From IMG/VR virus record IMGVR_UViG_3300025103_002730, positions 1 to 63,943 of that record: a DNA stretch of 63,943 nucleotides; one strand, 5' to 3'. The position numbers were made by a program, and so were the translations under genes. Each line of letters begins with the position of its first letter. Position 1 is the first letter of the stretch. The stretch is from a virus. Its lineage: Duplodnaviria > Caudoviricetes. Positions 20,307 to 30,326 of this stretch are shown piece by piece. A model generated the notes under the pieces. It had not been told where the DNA came from and searched no databases. It saw only the letters and a list, made by a program, of their open reading frames with translations.

Positions 20307-21072
20307 ATTTTTGGTATAGCTTCTGTTCCTGCGACATAACCCTAACGCTATCTACCATTTTCTTGTAATTTCGGTGTTCTAAGTACAGATTGTTCACCAC
20401 TACCTTGTGGATAATTGAAAATCCATCACCCTCATACATCACGTTGCTAAGTACTTCGTCGTTTTGGGATTTGTCAATGATATTGAAAATGTCTGGCGGC
20501 AAGACACTACCAGACTTGATGTTCACAAAGTAAGCCGCTTCAATCAGCTTATTAAACACGTCACTGTCTCTAATTCTGATTGTGTCTATTACATGAAAAA
20601 TAGCACACGAGGTGTACATCGTCTCCTGTATGACATTGACCATATTAGACACTTCGTTTGCACCGCGTTTGTCAAATGTGGATATGACCAATTTCATTTT
20701 TCCCACTGGATAATCCATAGCAAGCACTGAATCAACAGTACGCTGTAGATCTTCTAGGGTACTACTTGGGTGATCATAGATAGCAATTCCAAACAAGGGC
20801 ATAATTTCCCTGCGTGCCTTGTCCTTGTCGTCACCGTTTAGGTCTACCCAGTCTGAACCCCTGTACATATTACAGAACTTACTCAGATTGTAGTAGGGTT
20901 GTCCAACGGTCATAGCGGCCTCATGCCTCACCTTAAACAGGTCTATACGATCAGCCCTGCATCCAGTCTGAACTTGTGGGAACAGTAGTCCAGAAGCACC
21001 AAAAACAGTATTAGGGTGCTCTGAATATTCGGCAAAAGTACAACCTTTACAGTTTGTAGTTGCCTCACTCAT
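20293..21072 (-). CDS. Cys-motif protein with degenerate GT2-like domain
   Basis: N-terminal CKGC...C...C; 'LQRTVDSVLAMDYP' is a GT2-like segment. Confidence 0.45.
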   Translation of the reverse strand: MSEATTNCKGCTFAEYSEHPNTVFGASGLLFPQVQTGCRADRIDLFKVRHEAAMTVGQPYYNLSKFCNMYRGSDWVDLNGDDKDKARREIMPLFGIAIYDHPSSTLEDLQRTVDSVLAMDYPVGKMKLVISTFDKRGANEVSNMVNVIQETMYTSCAIFHVIDTIRIRDSDVFNKLIEAAYFVNIKSGSVLPPDIFNIIDKSQNDEVLSNVMYEGDGFSIIHKVVVNNLYLEHRNYKKMVDSVRVMSQEQKLYQKYETK

Positions 21073-21491
21073 TACTTGACCCTCTTAGCTTTGATCTCGT
21101 AATGTAGGCCGTTAATGTGAGAGGAGACGATCTCTAACCCCAAACTCATCAACATCTCTCTGACGGCATGGACAGAGGTCATTGAGTTGTTCTGTGACAC
21201 CACGCTGGAAGCATCTTCTGGAGCGATTAAGCCGTTGGCAACCGCTTTTACGAAAGCACGCAATTCTGTACCCCCAACAACAAGTTCTCCGTTGATTCTC
21301 AACTTAGACCGTAATGCCCCTAAGATCTCTCCGCTGTGATTGATGGAGAAGGAATCCATAACATCGGACGCTAGGATAAATTCACACTCATTAGCAGTAA
21401 TGCTTCCTAGGTCCAAACTATCGTTGTTAACAGTTATTATTTGATATCCGTCAATAGCTTCCTGTATACCACGAATAATTTGTAACTTCAT
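21072..21491 (-). CDS. Degenerate SAM-methyltransferase-like protein
   Basis: 'ECEFILASDVMD...LRSKLRINGELVV' resembles MTase motifs II/III; no motif I. Confidence 0.45.
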   Translation of the reverse strand: MKLQIIRGIQEAIDGYQIITVNNDSLDLGSITANECEFILASDVMDSFSINHSGEILGALRSKLRINGELVVGGTELRAFVKAVANGLIAPEDASSVVSQNNSMTSVHAVREMLMSLGLEIVSSHINGLHYEIKAKRVK

Positions 21492-22474
21492 TATTTCCTC
21501 ACCTCTGTAACAGTGTCAAAAATTGAATTCCACTCTTTGATATAGCGTTCTTCACCGAACTTCTCTTTAATAGTTTCTCGTCCAGCTAACCCAATTTCCT
21601 TCGCTTTCGCCGGGTCTTTGAGCAGCATCTCGATCCTCTCACGTAGGACGCTCTCATCGTTCGAGATATAGCCGTTAACGCCATCTTCGATGATATTGGG
21701 TATCTCACACGTCGCCATCGTAACTACCGCACAGCCGCAAGCCATAGCCTCCAGCATTGATGTGGGTACAGGACTGAGTGTACTTGGATTGATATAGATA
21801 GATGAACCTTGATATGCCCCAATTAATTCCTCGACTGACTCGCTTTGTTCTGATAATCCGGGGGTCTCGCCAATAACAACCGTAGGCAGACCCTTAGTGA
21901 TACGATCCCAACCCTTATAATTTAGGGCGTAATCGCGGTTCACAAAGTCGTGAGCAACCGTTAGAACGGTGTCTAACCGAACATCTTCTTCCTCTGGAAG
22001 ACAGAATAGGTCGGTATCGATTGAGTGATATACAACCTCTCCGGGTATCCCCCAGGAACGCTTAGAGTATTCAGTAATGAATACGTTTACATCACCCTTC
22101 ATTTGTCGAAAAGCAGCTAGTTGATCGCTGGGCCAATTCGGTAGTGGCAACGTGTGCTCAAGACACAGAATGGGCAACTGTAGTTTCTGGTTGATTTCCA
22201 TAGCTGTTTGAAACTGTCCAAACTTACTATTCACGAAGATGAAGTCGAAAACAACACCCTGATACATGGAGTTTTTTGGAAGTTGGTAGTAATTCTCAGG
22301 CATGGGAGCGTGGCCGTCATACCAATCTTTACCGCCATCATAGTTGAAGGCATAAAAGTTATGCCCAGTCTTAGCAACTTGGGTCTGGTAACGCTCGTGC
22401 GTATTGAACGTGAGAATATTGTACTTGTCCGACGTTCTACCTACGTCGTTAAGGATGTTCAGCGATCTAAACAC
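21491..22474 (-). CDS. Glycosyltransferase family 4 (GT-B)
   Basis: 'IYINPSTLSPVPTSMLEAMACGCAVV', 'IEDGVNGY'. Confidence 0.88.
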   Translation of the reverse strand: MFRSLNILNDVGRTSDKYNILTFNTHERYQTQVAKTGHNFYAFNYDGGKDWYDGHAPMPENYYQLPKNSMYQGVVFDFIFVNSKFGQFQTAMEINQKLQLPILCLEHTLPLPNWPSDQLAAFRQMKGDVNVFITEYSKRSWGIPGEVVYHSIDTDLFCLPEEEDVRLDTVLTVAHDFVNRDYALNYKGWDRITKGLPTVVIGETPGLSEQSESVEELIGAYQGSSIYINPSTLSPVPTSMLEAMACGCAVVTMATCEIPNIIEDGVNGYISNDESVLRERIEMLLKDPAKAKEIGLAGRETIKEKFGEERYIKEWNSIFDTVTEVRK

Positions 22475-23585
22475 TTAGTGCCTCCTTCATTTTTTCCCCA
22501 ATGGTTTCAAGAGAAAAATGTAATAATTGCTCTCTAGCCTCTGGTATAAATTCTGTGTCTTTCAAAAATTTGTCACCACACCAAAGGTTGTACATCATAC
22601 GCATAGACCGTTTGATGTTACGCTCATCGGGCTTAATCCAGTAATCATTACCATTATTGACACCTCCAAAAATTCCACTCTCAGACTGTACTACTTGATA
22701 GACAGAATTTATTGAGTTACACGAACCCTGTAGGTATTCATTAACCGCCCCATTATTAGACACTATAGGGGTATTCCCAAATCCGGCGGCGTCTATTTCA
22801 GCTAATGGAAAAGTTATATCCGTATTACAACTCACATAGCAGTCACAGTACTGGTGTAACTCATACAAGTTTACATCGGTAAGTTCTGGTGCCGAGATAA
22901 CAATCTCTCTATTGTAAAGATCTGAACTGGTTTCCAGTCTTAAAAGAGACTTGACACTGTCTGACAAATCGTTCAGAAATTTGAGTTCTTTGTGGCTGTC
23001 TGATGACTGTGGCTTCATGCGTATCACTAAGCTGACATTATCATTTGCATCAAACTCTGAATGGAATGCTGCCAAAATCCAATTAAGACCCTGAGAATCA
23101 CCCATAGACGCAAACGTGTAGAACTTGAAGGTGCCTTCCGCTTCTTTGATAGACAACTCTTTGTATCTTCGGCTATACACGTCGGTGTCTACAGCAAGCG
23201 GAACGATCCTAATCCTTTTGTCTATATCCTGTAGGGGTACAGAAGAGACGGAAAATGGAGTCCAGATCTCATCCATCATCTCTAGTCGTTCCATCCAAAT
23301 AGAATGTTTAAGCTCGACAAAATTATTAGCCAAAAGCCCTATGTTTTTCTCAAATTTTCCAGTGCCCACCATATGTTCTGGAAACACATGTTGAATACAG
23401 TGGGTCGCATCCCCAATGTCTTTGTCTTCAAGATGAGCGATGGCTTTTGGGGTTTGGGTGTGGCCCAGTTCAATACTGCGACAGACAACGTCAACACCCG
23501 CACTTTCCAATGCTCGGATGTTATTAACCGTCTGCTTTCCCCAGTCGCTCTTTTCCTTGTAGTATCCTATGTATAATACCTTCAT
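22467..23585 (-). CDS. GT-B glycosyltransferase (GT4-like, possibly degenerate)
   Basis: 'MDEIWTP', 'AFHSEF', 'DCYVS...FPLAEIDAAGFGNTPI'. Confidence 0.7.
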   Translation of the reverse strand: MKVLYIGYYKEKSDWGKQTVNNIRALESAGVDVVCRSIELGHTQTPKAIAHLEDKDIGDATHCIQHVFPEHMVGTGKFEKNIGLLANNFVELKHSIWMERLEMMDEIWTPFSVSSVPLQDIDKRIRIVPLAVDTDVYSRRYKELSIKEAEGTFKFYTFASMGDSQGLNWILAAFHSEFDANDNVSLVIRMKPQSSDSHKELKFLNDLSDSVKSLLRLETSSDLYNREIVISAPELTDVNLYELHQYCDCYVSCNTDITFPLAEIDAAGFGNTPIVSNNGAVNEYLQGSCNSINSVYQVVQSESGIFGGVNNGNDYWIKPDERNIKRSMRMMYNLWCGDKFLKDTEFIPEAREQLLHFSLETIGEKMKEALSV

Positions 23586-24211
23586 TTTGTTCTCCTAATT
23601 GCCCAGTCTGGAAATGGAATTTCATCGCTAACTAGGGCACATAGTTCTAGTCCCGATTGTTCGTTCAAAAATTCGTCTACAGCCTGTTTAATTCCGTAAC
23701 CCAATTGATTATTGTAGGTTATACCCTCTTGGGTGAACTCTCTATCCACGCTTATATAGTCATGTCCACCGAGAATACCTTCCGGTTGTACCTTTTCGTG
23801 GTAATCCTGTAGGTCTTGCTTTACAGACTCATATAGATGACAACCGTCTAAATATACAAAGTCAAAATATCCAGTTTGAAAATTATTCACTAGATCGTGT
23901 GAGTACCCACGATGTAAATGGACAATACCCATCTGAATTTCTTTCTCATACCTCTTTCGTATAGCTTCTTGCATACTAACATTACTATGGGCGGTTGGGG
24001 TGTTTCTCATGTGACCTTCTGAATAAACCTTACCATTCCACGGATTGACCTCCCAGGGGTCCAGTAGATGCAATTCTTCAGGCTCAAGTACTGCCATAAT
24101 ACGCTCAGAGAAGTGTCCAGCTTCTACTCCAACTTCCAACACACTTGGATTGTCAGGTAGCAATTCTTTCATGTATGCTAGATAAGCGTCTCTATCCTGT
24201 AACGTTTTCAT
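23582..24211 (-). CDS. Class I SAM methyltransferase (Methyltransf_24-like)
   Basis: 'LEVGVEAG', 'FDFVYLDGCHLYESVKQD', 'GGHDY'. Confidence 0.85.
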   Translation of the reverse strand: MKTLQDRDAYLAYMKELLPDNPSVLEVGVEAGHFSERIMAVLEPEELHLLDPWEVNPWNGKVYSEGHMRNTPTAHSNVSMQEAIRKRYEKEIQMGIVHLHRGYSHDLVNNFQTGYFDFVYLDGCHLYESVKQDLQDYHEKVQPEGILGGHDYISVDREFTQEGITYNNQLGYGIKQAVDEFLNEQSGLELCALVSDEIPFPDWAIRRTK

Positions 24212-24975
24212 ATTACTCCTAAATCGTAATTGTTAATGAAATCCATGCCGCCTTTATTAAACTCCCCGTGGAACCCAAATGACCCATAGCTAAATAACAT
24301 GTCTCGATTGAAGTTTCTGTAGGTCGTGGGATGTTCGACAGAGAACTTAGCGGCCAGTTCTGGCGGTGCGAACTGAATCCCAACCTTTCTCATTCGGTCG
24401 TAGTTGAACACACAGATGTTCAGGTCTTCGTTCTTGTGGTCCCAGCCTAGCTTGGCTGATTCTTCAACAAACCGTCTTGTTCTCAGGGAAAATCCCCCGT
24501 TACCAACAACGTTTGGGATATCCTCGATTTGCCCGGCGACCATGTCACTAGCTTGGATGATACTCATGGGCCAAGGGGCACCAATGTAATCATAGGCCAG
24601 AAACCGTGCTTCCCACTTACTAGCGTCGATGATGGTAGAGTCGTGCTGGACATTCAAGCAATAGTCACCAGTAATGTAGCGTGCCGCCTGTTGAACGAAC
24701 GACTCACAAAACCCTGAGCGGTTAGAGTCGTCATTCTGAAGATTGCTATTCAGATCGACACTCATATCATACACTTCGATACCGTATTTGTCGATGACGG
24801 GTTCGAATAAACCGAGATCAGTCTTGCTAGGGTCCGTTATTAAAACTTTCTTGCCAAATTCTACCTGATCCATACCAATCAGCATGGCCCTGAGGGACTT
24901 ACGTACATGCTCCGTACCCCAACAGAATGTGAAGATGGTTACTTGCGGTAACTGAAGTTTATTTCCAACAGTCAT
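24208..24975 (-). CDS. DUF5672-like GT-A protein
   Basis: 'QHDS', 'YDYIGAPW', 'VGNGGFSLR', 'NED', 'AAKFSVE', 'FGFH'. Confidence 0.8.
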   Translation of the reverse strand: MTVGNKLQLPQVTIFTFCWGTEHVRKSLRAMLIGMDQVEFGKKVLITDPSKTDLGLFEPVIDKYGIEVYDMSVDLNSNLQNDDSNRSGFCESFVQQAARYITGDYCLNVQHDSTIIDASKWEARFLAYDYIGAPWPMSIIQASDMVAGQIEDIPNVVGNGGFSLRTRRFVEESAKLGWDHKNEDLNICVFNYDRMRKVGIQFAPPELAAKFSVEHPTTYRNFNRDMLFSYGSFGFHGEFNKGGMDFINNYDLGVI

Positions 24976-25972
24976 ACATACCCTCCGTTATCTCATATTC
25001 CATAGTCACTTGTTCTCTCTTGGGTTGTTTTTTCGCCCATCTAAACATTTCATCTACGGTTTTGATAAGGTAAGTAGTATCCTTAAATCCTAGACACATT
25101 TTTGCCTTAGAATGATCACATTGTGTATGTTTAGCTTCATGACGTGCCTCTATATGTTTCACCTTTACTGGATTACACCCGTTCCACACAGATACACGTC
25201 GTACGGCCTCAGCTAGTGCATTAAGGGTCCAATCCTCTTCGGCACCTAAATTAAACGTTTCTCCATCGTGATTATCAATCAATTGCTCGAACGGTTTCAT
25301 GTAGTATTGAACATCAGAGAATTGACGAGTCTGCTCACCATCCCCATAAATCAAGAGCGGTTCACCTTCAAGAGCACGCCGTATAAAGATTCCCACTACA
25401 TTCCTATAGCGGTCCCAGATATTCTGGTAAATACCAACAATGTTATGAGGTCTGACGATGGAATAACGAAGACCATGTTGATCTCCAGCTATCTTCATAT
25501 CCATTTCTACCGCGTATTTAGCTACACCATATGGATCGATGGGTTGTGGAGTCATCGTTTCAACGAATGGAGGTTTTTGAGCACCGTAAACCGCCATAGA
25601 TGAGGTGAAGATCATCTTAACGTCGTTCTGAATACAAGCGTTTATTACATTAGCACTGGATAATACGTTGTTGGAGTAGTTAAAGTGGCGAATAAAGGGT
25701 GATAGACCCTCCGCAGCGTAAGCAGCGAAGTGATAACAAGCTACTACATCTTTCTCCATAGTAAAGATATTGTTTAAACATCCCTTAGCATCCACGTCAG
25801 ATAGGTCAATAGGCCAAAATTCAAACTGTTTTATGTCAGCCTGAGGTAAGTATTCTGGATACCCACCGCTAAGGTCGTCAATACCAACAACTCTAAAACC
25901 TTGTCTGATCAAATAACGAGAGAAATGACTACCAAGTAGTCCAGCACATCCTGTAACCACTACGGTTTTCAT
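24959..25972 (-). CDS. NAD-dependent nucleotide-sugar epimerase/dehydratase
   Basis: GCAGLLG, 'TSSMAVYG', YGVAK, 'GDGEQTRQF'. Confidence 0.9.
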   Translation of the reverse strand: MKTVVVTGCAGLLGSHFSRYLIRQGFRVVGIDDLSGGYPEYLPQADIKQFEFWPIDLSDVDAKGCLNNIFTMEKDVVACYHFAAYAAEGLSPFIRHFNYSNNVLSSANVINACIQNDVKMIFTSSMAVYGAQKPPFVETMTPQPIDPYGVAKYAVEMDMKIAGDQHGLRYSIVRPHNIVGIYQNIWDRYRNVVGIFIRRALEGEPLLIYGDGEQTRQFSDVQYYMKPFEQLIDNHDGETFNLGAEEDWTLNALAEAVRRVSVWNGCNPVKVKHIEARHEAKHTQCDHSKAKMCLGFKDTTYLIKTVDEMFRWAKKQPKREQVTMEYEITEGMYDCWK

Positions 25973-27657
25973 TGAATTACCCCCTTTTGCTTCATAACTT
26001 GGACCCTCTTCTGTTCCCAGTTATTCCTCTTATCGCACTGAGCCACCATTTGATTGTAGGCCATATTGAAATCAAACGATGAACGATGATTAGCACCGTC
26101 AAAAGCAGCCGAAGATTCGTTGAAGTACATGCCCCCCGTAGACCCCGTAGCCGACTTGTATGTCAAATCCCTACATAGACGTGACTCGAAGAAAGTATTG
26201 AGTTTGGAAGGGTCTCCGAGGGCCTCAATGATCAACCACTTGGCAAGCTGGCCAGCGTCTACGTTGGAGATTTGTTCGTCGCTTAGTTTTTGAACTGGTC
26301 TATGTTGTTTGAGTGGAGACCCCCATGTTTGTTCGGTGGGTATTACCTCAAAGCTATCAAAGATATCTTCCCACTTCTTACCGCTCATGTCCCATTGATA
26401 GTACTTTTCGAAATTCTCACGGGTTTTTGTGCCCATTTTTTCTCTACCTTCATCCGTCATCTTTTCAAAGAAATGAAGAAATACTTCTGAGGAATATTCG
26501 TTATCAGGCACAGCCCTGAGACAGCCAGTTTCTAGCTCTTTATAAAGAGCGGCTGGCGTTAGGGTGAACCCTTCTAACTTACGAAGTACAGACTCCATAG
26601 CAGAATAATCAGTGCCACAAACGGGAACCCCACATGCGGCGGCTTCAACCTGCGGAAGTCCAAAACCCTCACAATTAGCATACTGCGTGTAGAGGTCGAA
26701 CAGATTGATGATGTTGGACAAGTCCTCATAGGAGACACCGTTTTTAACGTTTGACAGGGTCGAACCCCACTTACCAGTGAATGGGGACTGAGCAACCGCA
26801 CCTTTAAAGAGAGATGGGAAGGGTTTCTTGGTCTCTGGGCAGATATATGTGAACAGAACGTGAGCAGACAGATCGTGCTGCAGAATCAGTTCTGGGATAT
26901 CCCAACCCAAGTCTGGGTAGGATGTATGACAATACAGGTAGTAGTTGTCATTTTCCGCCTTATCCAGAAACTTACGGAAAGCCTCAAAGAGATCTGGGTA
27001 CAATTTACGTCGTTGATTACGCATAACCGCCCCTAAGATTTTGAAATCTGGGTTAATACCGTAAGATAACTTATGGGCTTTCTTATCAGGGACCGGATTG
27101 TAAGCCGGGTGAGCAGATGGGGGTGACGATCCGTGGTACTTAATTTTCCCACCAGATTGTTCATTCAACACCCCACCGGCCCAGTCCGAATAAGTCAGGC
27201 AGGCGTCAGCATTGGCATATGTAGAGATCCACTGACGGGCCTGTGGACGAGCGTCAACGGTCGGCATAATAGCCCACTTGAAGTAATTTCTAAATGGAGA
27301 GCGTTCAGCAAAATCCAACATCCAGAAGTCACGAATATCACACACGATATCCGGCATGAAATCCAAACATACATGTTCAAAGATCCACTCACCAAACTGA
27401 TTGGTTCCAGAACCGTTGTAAGCCCGCATTTCCTCTTCTGTAGCCTTGGGTTCACAATCTGTATTTGGAGATACTCCGTAATACTTCCAAGGGATGTTAG
27501 CGGCCCGAGGGTCATTTCGCTGACCGTAGGAACCCATCTCGGCAATTTCGTACTTACCAGTTCCGTGCAGGTAGGTCAGAATCTCTCTGGTGTATGTTGC
27601 GTACCCAGTATTGAGAAAAGTTGCCTCACTACAAAATAATATACGCTTACGCCTCAT
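25969..27657 (-). CDS. Glycosyltransferase family 4 (GT-B)
   Basis: 'RNQRRK', 'EGFGLPQVEAAACGVP'. Confidence 0.88.
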   Translation of the reverse strand: MRRKRILFCSEATFLNTGYATYTREILTYLHGTGKYEIAEMGSYGQRNDPRAANIPWKYYGVSPNTDCEPKATEEEMRAYNGSGTNQFGEWIFEHVCLDFMPDIVCDIRDFWMLDFAERSPFRNYFKWAIMPTVDARPQARQWISTYANADACLTYSDWAGGVLNEQSGGKIKYHGSSPPSAHPAYNPVPDKKAHKLSYGINPDFKILGAVMRNQRRKLYPDLFEAFRKFLDKAENDNYYLYCHTSYPDLGWDIPELILQHDLSAHVLFTYICPETKKPFPSLFKGAVAQSPFTGKWGSTLSNVKNGVSYEDLSNIINLFDLYTQYANCEGFGLPQVEAAACGVPVCGTDYSAMESVLRKLEGFTLTPAALYKELETGCLRAVPDNEYSSEVFLHFFEKMTDEGREKMGTKTRENFEKYYQWDMSGKKWEDIFDSFEVIPTEQTWGSPLKQHRPVQKLSDEQISNVDAGQLAKWLIIEALGDPSKLNTFFESRLCRDLTYKSATGSTGGMYFNESSAAFDGANHRSSFDFNMAYNQMVAQCDKRNNWEQKRVQVMKQKGVIQ

Positions 27658-27754
27658 ACGTTTTTCCCTTTTTTATGTTGTCAATTGCCCACAGGGGTTG
27701 TAAATTTGAGTAGTGGAAACATTCTTTTTGCTGTTCCTCATCCGTCAGGTCAAA
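27647..27754 (-). pseudogene. C-terminal remnant of an HNH endonuclease
   Basis: Unlisted frame reads FDLTDEEQQKECFHYSNLQPLWAIDNIKKGKTYEA*, the tail of the '...DHI.P...FDL....CFHY.NLQPLW...N..KG' HNH family; no start or DH motif. Confidence 0.75.
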
Positions 27755-27785
27755 ATATAATAGTCCACAATGGCAATTATACCAA

Positions 27786-29345
27786 TCAGATTTCGTGAAT
27801 TTTGTTTACAATGAAGGAATTATCCTGCTCTACGTCACCGCACAGCATTAGGTTGTTGCCCTCATAAAGAATGAACCTGTACTTTTCTCTGGTCTCAGGA
27901 AATACCACGACGCTATCAAGAGAACAGGAAGCGTCTTCAACGGTTAGGAATGACATGAGTTTGCCAAAGTTCTTGCCCTGCTTCTTGATCTTGAAGTTGT
28001 TCATCCTTGTGATGTTCACTACAAGACAGATATCCTTACCAAACTTCCCATTCGCGATATCCTTACATGAAGTGTTGGAGATAGACGTATCGACCGCTTC
28101 GACTTCACTTAGGGAAACTGGACAGCCCAAGAACTTCTTTTCCATCTCGACGATCCAAGAAGGGTCATCCGACATTCCGTATGGTGGGCTTGCCAGCATA
28201 CCCACTTCGTTCAGGACGATCTGACTACGGTTGGCGTTACTGGTCCCTCCACCCATCTTCTTTGTAGGAGACAGGTCTTGAAAACACTCACCAAGGGTTT
28301 CCCATCGTTTTTCCGGATACTGCGTTGTAACCCACTTCATTTCCGCCTTAGTCAGTTCACGGAATATAAGGTATTCGTACAGTGCCTTATTTCTGCTCAC
28401 ACCGGTAGATTTGGTAGAGAAAAACCCAATAGAACACAGGGCTTTGAAAGCAGTACTAGTTATGTTGGGAGCAATGTATAATAGAACATCCATCCAAGTG
28501 AATTCTTCCGGCTTCTTCTGCGACTCCCATACCGCAGCACCAATAGCCCTCACTACCTTGTCGCCAGTGACCCCAGTAAGACCCTTAACATCCTTGACCC
28601 CAAAGAACACGTCTCTACCCACACGCTCAAATTTCAGACCAAAAGAGGTTAGATTTGGCGACTTCACCTCAATGTCAAACAGTTTAGCCTCAGAGACCAG
28701 TTCATAGATCTCCTGATGGGTATCCTGTTTTTCATTCGCGTGGTATAGGTAAGACGTGAAGAACTCAACCGTGTGATTAGCCTTGTACCAAGCTGACCAA
28801 TAGGAGTCCTTAGCGTAAGCCACAGCGTGAGACTTATTGAATGAGTAACGAGACGACTTCTCGATCCAGCCAAAGATTTCCCTAGCAGTAACATCGTCTA
28901 CTATCCCAACTTTCTCACAACCCTTGATAAACTGCTCACGGATTTCCATCATCAGCTTGGCTTTCTTCTTTCCGATAGCCTTACGTAGATAGTCCGATTC
29001 CTGCTCGGTGAAACCTGCCAGCTTCACGGCGATACGCATCGCCTGCTCTTGATAGACCAACACCCCATAAGTCGTATTGAGAATATCTGCAAGAGAGTCA
29101 TGAAGGTAGGTTACCTCTTCTCGGCCAGCCTTACGGTCAACAAAACGCTGACTCATAGATTTGCCGTCAACGATAGCCTTTAAACATCCCGGTCTAATGA
29201 TCGCGATGAGTGCTGCCAACTCTTCAATATTGCTGGGTGCAACCTTCTTAGACCAAGACCTCCCAAGGTTACTCTCCAGTTGGAAAACACCCTTAGTAAG
29301 ACCGTTATGATACAAAGCCCACGTTTTTTCGTCTCTTAGATCCAT
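27786..29345 (-). CDS. dnaE: DNA polymerase III alpha subunit, C-terminal half
   Basis: 'GVFQLES', 'ALIAIIRPG', 'TYGVLVYQEQAM', 'LRKAIGKKK', 'YSFNKSHAVAY', and C-terminal OB fold 'MSFLTVEDAS...VVVFPE'. Confidence 0.9.
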   Translation of the reverse strand: MDLRDEKTWALYHNGLTKGVFQLESNLGRSWSKKVAPSNIEELAALIAIIRPGCLKAIVDGKSMSQRFVDRKAGREEVTYLHDSLADILNTTYGVLVYQEQAMRIAVKLAGFTEQESDYLRKAIGKKKAKLMMEIREQFIKGCEKVGIVDDVTAREIFGWIEKSSRYSFNKSHAVAYAKDSYWSAWYKANHTVEFFTSYLYHANEKQDTHQEIYELVSEAKLFDIEVKSPNLTSFGLKFERVGRDVFFGVKDVKGLTGVTGDKVVRAIGAAVWESQKKPEEFTWMDVLLYIAPNITSTAFKALCSIGFFSTKSTGVSRNKALYEYLIFRELTKAEMKWVTTQYPEKRWETLGECFQDLSPTKKMGGGTSNANRSQIVLNEVGMLASPPYGMSDDPSWIVEMEKKFLGCPVSLSEVEAVDTSISNTSCKDIANGKFGKDICLVVNITRMNNFKIKKQGKNFGKLMSFLTVEDASCSLDSVVVFPETREKYRFILYEGNNLMLCGDVEQDNSFIVNKIHEI

Positions 29346-29346
29346 C

Positions 29347-29640
29347 TCACCATCCTAACAGCGACTTAACATCAAATTTCACACAAAGGAAATATACCAA
29401 GTTACCTATCGCAGACCCCAATACCAGACCCAAACATAACCCCGCAACGAATCTGTTCTCCAGAATACCGTCTTCCACAATATCTTCTGGGTTCGCCCTC
29501 GCTCTTTCCTCAGCGTTGTCTAGTTGGTTAATGGTAAACAGATAGTCAACTGGGCTACCGTGATCATCGAACTCGTGAAGGTGATAGTAATAGGGTTGAG
29601 CAGTCCTATACCTGTTTTTGTTCTCTACTTTTCTGAGCAT
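29347..29640 (-). CDS. Hypothetical membrane protein
   Basis: 97 aa with a C-terminal hydrophobic helix; RBS GGAG. Confidence 0.6.
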   Translation of the reverse strand: MLRKVENKNRYRTAQPYYYHLHEFDDHGSPVDYLFTINQLDNAEERARANPEDIVEDGILENRFVAGLCLGLVLGSAIGNLVYFLCVKFDVKSLLGW

Positions 29641-29648
29641 GATTTCTC

Positions 29649-30326
29649 CTACTTAATTGCTAGACCACCATTGGCAAAACACTTGTCCACCGTTAGATTT
29701 TGATAGACTAGACGGCGGGACTTTTGAAACTTGATGAAGATGTTGGCTGTATCCTTAACGTCCTGTAGGGCGTCGTGAGCGTTCTCTGAGGACATTCCCA
29801 TACGTTCTCGCAGAGAGTCCATACTGATAGACTTGATGGCAGGGTCGCCCTCTGTCCACAGCCACATGTCGTCCATAACATCGATCTTGTAGATCTGATG
29901 GAATAGCTTCTGACCCTGTCTCTTATCATCGAAGGGTCCGTATTCCTTGCACAAACGGTCTACGATCTTCATGTCATATCCCAAGATGTTAAACCCACAT
30001 GGAATTGGGGCGTGGAACTGTTTTCCAGACCAGTTGTACTTATTAACGAATGTACAGAACTTCTTCCATACACCCTTAGGGAGCGGTGCTTTAGCAAGCT
30101 GCTTCCGTGTCTGACCTGTGACCTTGAGTGCCCCTTCCTCAAGAGGGTCAACTCCAGCAGCCAGTGCTTTCTCGTCGTCAATAATTGGACGCATCATACT
30201 CTGGAATTCACCCTTGGGCCTAAAATTGCGACCATCTAGGGCGATAGCAGCAATCTGAGTTGGCTGACAACGAAGTGGGTTACGTCCACCTGTTTCAAAG
30301 TCGAAGCAAATTATATCCCTATTCAT
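29649..30326 (-). CDS. DEDDh 3'-5' exonuclease (DnaQ/epsilon-like)
   Basis: ExoI 'FDFETGG', ExoII 'GFNILGYD', ExoIII 'HDALQD'. Confidence 0.9.
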   Translation of the reverse strand: MNRDIICFDFETGGRNPLRCQPTQIAAIALDGRNFRPKGEFQSMMRPIIDDEKALAAGVDPLEEGALKVTGQTRKQLAKAPLPKGVWKKFCTFVNKYNWSGKQFHAPIPCGFNILGYDMKIVDRLCKEYGPFDDKRQGQKLFHQIYKIDVMDDMWLWTEGDPAIKSISMDSLRERMGMSSENAHDALQDVKDTANIFIKFQKSRRLVYQNLTVDKCFANGGLAIK

